This document shows positions 60,012 through 64,000 of a stretch of 64,000 nt of DNA, piece after piece. Position 1 is the first letter of the stretch. The number at the start of each line of letters is the position of its first letter. The stretch is from Cyanophora paradoxa CCMP329. Taxonomy: Eukaryota; Plantae; Glaucophyta. The translations under genes were made by a program, and so were the position numbers. Location of the stretch: the NCBI GenBank assembly GCA_004431415.1, contig QPMI01000496.1, forward strand, positions 124,001-188,000. Reading direction: 5' to 3'. Under the pieces are notes generated by a model. The model saw nothing but the letters and a program-made list of their open reading frames with translations, was not told the origin of the DNA and searched no databases.

Positions 60012-60472
60012 TAGGGCACTGGCCAGCGGCCCGGCCGAACAGCTGGCTGGCTGGTTTTGGACTTTTAGGCTGGCCCAGCCGCCGGATTTGTTGACCAGCC
60101 GGGCCAGCCTTTTTCGGCTTTATCGGGCGGCCAGCCGGTCGGCGACACTGGCTGGGGGGTCGGCTCCAGGCTAGGAGTGGGGCTTGAGGGGGTGGCTTCA
60201 TAAGATCAACTGCTTATATTCGTAACAGTGCACAATAAAACAGTTATAAGATCGTTTCCAAGACACCAATTTCATTTAACAACGGGGGCTCTGCGGCTGG
60301 TCGGCTGGCCAGCTGGCCTGGCCGAGTCTTCGGCTCCAAGCTGGAGGCTGGTTGCCAGCTGGCCGGCCAAGTTTTGGCTGGAAGCTGGCGGCCAGCCCTG
60401 GGCCGCTGGCAGGGCTTCGTCAGCTTGGGCTGGCCCGCTGGCCAGAGGGAGACCTGGCTGGCCAGTGCCCTA
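60012..60472. mobile_element. Non-autonomous hAT-type element
   Basis: Perfect 16-bp TIR TAGGGCACTGGCCAGC / GCTGGCCAGTGCCCTA; 8-bp TSD AGCGCGCC (60004-60011, 60473-60480); GCTGGC subterminal repeats. Confidence 0.92.
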
Positions 60473-60671
60473 AGCGCGCCACGTGCACGGCCGCGGCGAG
60501 CGCTTGCCAAGCTTAAGTTGGGCCCTTGCAATTGCGGGGTCTTTGCAATTGCAATTGCCCTCTTGAGGCTCTGACGTAGACCGTCGGACTCGGAAGCTCG
60601 AGAGTCCGGGGCCCGCCGCGGCGGAACTTCCCCCCCGCCGCGGAAGGCTCACTCGACAGCTCTGCGATCCG

Positions 60672-61307
60672 ATGATCGAGATCGTTGCCATCAATCCGAG
60701 TCGAGCCTCGGAGCTCGCCGATTCGCGTACCCCGACCTGGAGAGAAGGTAGGTAGCGGGCTCCTGCCCGCTGGGCGCCTCTCCGGCTGCCGCGAATCGCC
60801 TCGGCCGCACTTCAAGCCCACTTTTAGCTGATCAGCCGCGCGCCCGTTGGGAATCCGCTCCGCGCGGGTCGGTTCGGCGAGCCACTCCAGCGGCCACCAG
60901 CGGTGGCTTCAGCAACTGCTCTCTCGCTCAGCCCGATGTCTTCTCTGCGGCGCCGAGCGGCCGCTCGCGTCATGCCGACGGCTTGCGTGCGCCCCTGCAG
61001 GCAATCGTCGGTGGCGTGATTGCACGCCTACGCAGCGACCGCGGGCGTCGTCGCCGCACAGAAACTCGGACTCCTGGCGAGGCGATGTGCTTCTGAGCAC
61101 TCGGGCGGCCCGGGGCCTCCCAACCCCCGCCGCAGCGGACTTCGGGCAGGCGCGCGTGCCCAGCTGGAGGCGGTATCTTCCGGTGCCGAGGAGCACAGCT
61201 TGCTGGTTTCGGCTGGCGATGCTGTGCGCCCGCCGGTTTTCACCCAGGCCCTCACGGGCTCCGGTTTCCGGCCCTTCCCTGGAGTTTTGGAGTCTTCGCT
61301 TTTCTAG
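60672..61307 (+). CDS. Hypothetical small 3-exon protein
   Basis: ATG 60672; two GT-AG introns preserve an open frame to TAG 61305-61307; no recognisable motif. Confidence 0.4.
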
Positions 61308-62375
61308 GGCACTGCTCAGAGGAGGGCTATAGTTTAGGCTCGGCCGCTTCGTCTTCACCCTTGCTATACGTAGGCTCAGTTCCTGCGTCCTTAGGGAGGT
61401 TGTGGTAGCTTGGCCTTAGCTTCGGCTCTCTGTTTGCAGTGTTTATTAGGATTGTGTTGTCCCCTTTCTCCAGTACGTAGATTGTGAGCACAGCACACGA
61501 GAGTCCTCACTTTCTCTTCCTGGATAGTGCTTTCAGTGAGATTGTGGTCGACGTAGACAACTTCATTAGTTGTACGGATGTGCTAATGCAAATCGACTTT
61601 CGAGCCTCGGAGCTCGCGGCTGCAGCTGCGCCGTGCTGCGGCGATTTTAAGCTTCGCCGAGTCGATCTGCAATCTGCGAGACTGCGATCTGCACCTCTAC
61701 AGCGCTCGAGCTCGCGCCGCAGTGCCAGCGCTAGCTGCAAACTGAGCGCCGCGCGCTCCGGCTGCTACGCCGGCCGGCTGACGCCAGCCGCGCATGCGGT
61801 ATCATCATTGTATTTTTATCTGCGGTGCTGGCATCATGGCATATGCATGCGCAGCACAGGGGCGCACACAGCGCGTCGGCCGCGGCCGCAGGACCACGTA
61901 CGCGTGCACGTGCACCGGTACCGCGCGCGCGCAGCGGGACCGCCGCCGCTCGTCTTCGCGCGCTAGCGCTAGCTATAGCGCTGCTAGGCCGGTACCGGTG
62001 CCAGCGCCTTAATGCGCTGGCCATATGCATGCATATATGGCACCGGCGCGGGCCCGACGCGTACGTCGACAACGTCACTGAGAGTCAACGGGCCCGATAT
62101 CGATGGCGAAGCCGCGCGCCACGTCGCGTCGCGGGACTGCTGCGCGCCGCTTGAATGCAGCTGCGCGCCGCGCGGTGATGCCGCGCTGGCAACAGCCGCG
62201 GCTCACAACACCAGATTCCAGAGCGACCCCAGGTTTTGAGCGGCTTAGCGTGCCTCCAAGCAGCGCAGCCTGGCTGAGCGACTCTCCCGCGCCAAGTGGG
62301 ATCCCCGTGGTGGCCCTCGGAGTGGCCCGAGTGGCCCGGAGTGGGCGGTTCCGGGGTACAGTCAGCAGCAGCAAG

Positions 62376-64000
62376 ATGGCTGGTTTCCTCAGGCCAGCGC
62401 TCCTGGCGCTGTTGTTCGCGCAGGCTGTCTTTGCCGCGCAGCTTTACACGGGGCTCGTGAACGAGGACGTGTCGCGCGACCTGGACCTGTCGACCCAGGT
62501 TGCGACCGTCGGCGCCAAGGCGACGATCAAGAACACCGGCTCGCAGTCGGTCGATCACTTCTACGTCGCGGTGCGGGCTGCGCTGCACCCGCTTCTCGCG
62601 CACATCAAGGCGGAGGATGCGGCGGGCGCGCCGCTCACGGTGACCAAGGACACGGTGGAGTCGTCTGCTCCCGCGTGCGTAGTGCATCCCTCGTCGAACC
62701 GGCCGCGCGCTAGATGCGCCGGGGCCGCGCCCGAGCTTGAATGTGTCCGCGCACACTGACTTGGTCTCCCTCTTCCGCATATCCCGTGGCGCTCGTCGTC
62801 GTCCTCGCCTCCCTTCACATCCTCCACCCGTCTTCTATCGCACGTTCTCTGCTCGCCGCGAGTAGTGGCACCGTGTTCTACAAGGTCCAGCTCGCGTCGG
62901 CACTCGCCCCCGGCGCGTCGGTCACGACCTGGACTAGCTTCGTCTACACCAACGTCTTTACTGCGTTCCCGGCCGAGATCTCGATGACCGAGACGCAGCT
63001 GATGAAGTACGAGGGCAACTACTACTACTTCAGCCCGTACACCACGCAGAAGCAGAAGACGAAGGTCAAGCTCGCCAGCTCGAACATCCTCTCGAAGAGC
63101 GAGCTCAGCCCGACGTCGGTCTCCGGCGACACCGTCACCTACGGCCCGTACTCGGACGTCGCCGCGTTCTCGTACAGCGCCATGTCGCTGCACTTCGAGC
63201 ACACCCGCCCGTTCGCCGTCGCGACGCTCCTCCAGAAGGACCTGGAGGTGAGCCACTGGGGCAACCTTGCCGTTGAGGAGCACTACCTGCTGCGCCACGC
63301 CGGCGCGGCGCACAAGGGCTACTTCTCCCGCTACGACTATCAGCGCAACCCGATGGGCGCCGGCGTCGCCTCGATCCGCTCCATTGTCTCCGTCCTCCCC
63401 TCCTCCGCCTTCGAGATCTACTACCGCGACGAGGTCTCCGCGCACGCCCGCCGGCCCGCCCTTCCCCGTCCTCACACGCGTTCGCGCGCTCTCTTTCTTT
63501 TCCTTGCCAGATCGGCAACATCTCGACGTCGGCGATCAACCCGTCGGACAAGGGACTCGAGGTCGAGCTCGTGCCGCGCTTCCCGCTCTTCGGCGGCTGG
63601 AAGACGGACTTCCTCTTCGGCTACAACCTCCCGCTCTCCGAGTTCCTGCGCTCGCTCGGGGGCTCCCGCTACGCGCTCTCCTTCCCCTTCGGCTCCTCCG
63701 TCGAGGGCCTCGTCATCGACGAGCTCGCCGTGAAGATCATCCTCCCCGAGGGCGCCACGTGCGTTTCGAGACATTACTCCGGAGTATCGAATTCGACCGG
63801 CGTAATTTGATCCCGCCGCGCCGGGCCCGCGCAGCGACATCAAGTTCGAGGTTCCGTTCGGGATCGACGGCGAGGAGCGGGGCACGCACTTCGCGCACCT
63901 CGACTTCGCCGGGCGCCCGACGCTCACCATCCGCAAGAAGAACGTCGTCGGCGAGCACAACGTCAACTTCAAGGCGAGCCGATCCGTTTCTCCACTCCGC
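62376..64000 (+). CDS. RPN1: Ribophorin I (oligosaccharyltransferase subunit OST1/RPN1), partial
   Basis: Signal peptide MAGFLRPALLALLF; YGPY, EVSHWGNLAVEEHY, FSRYDYQ, IYYRDEIGNISTS, PRFPLFGGWKTDF. Confidence 0.96.

Overview
High-GC, intron-dense eukaryotic DNA, so the six-frame ORF track is largely uninformative and genes were assembled by hand from splice sites. A Phe near the start of two plastid transit peptides, very short introns and high GC suggest a photosynthetic protist, possibly a glaucophyte such as Cyanophora (inference only). Recognisable genes: ALDH3-type aldehyde dehydrogenase (partial), tetraspanin-like protein, F-box/LRR protein, plastid ICL/PEP-mutase family enzyme, Raf-like TKL kinase with polyQ, ELAV/CELF-like 3xRRM protein, plastid DCC thiol-disulfide oxidoreductase, an LRR+PIN protein head-to-head with a DUF4062/NACHT-like NTPase, cyclophilin, PRKRIP1 and ribophorin I (partial). 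Intergenic DNA holds many non-autonomous TEs (nested TA-TSD MITEs, two hAT MITEs with 8-bp TSDs, a CAC-ended MITE, a 5'-truncated LINE with a 16-bp TSD, a tRNA-derived SINE-like head) and a 139-bp satellite with higher-order structure. Most striking: (1) an orphan acidic EF-hand protein of about 750-800 aa and a hidden 3-exon mini-gene about 9 kb away that consists only of the big protein's N- and C-terminal motifs joined together; (2) the LRR-PIN / STAND-NTPase divergent pair; (3) a GGGGTAC motif found upstream of most genes and densely in a subset of gene bodies; (4) frequent GC-AG introns.
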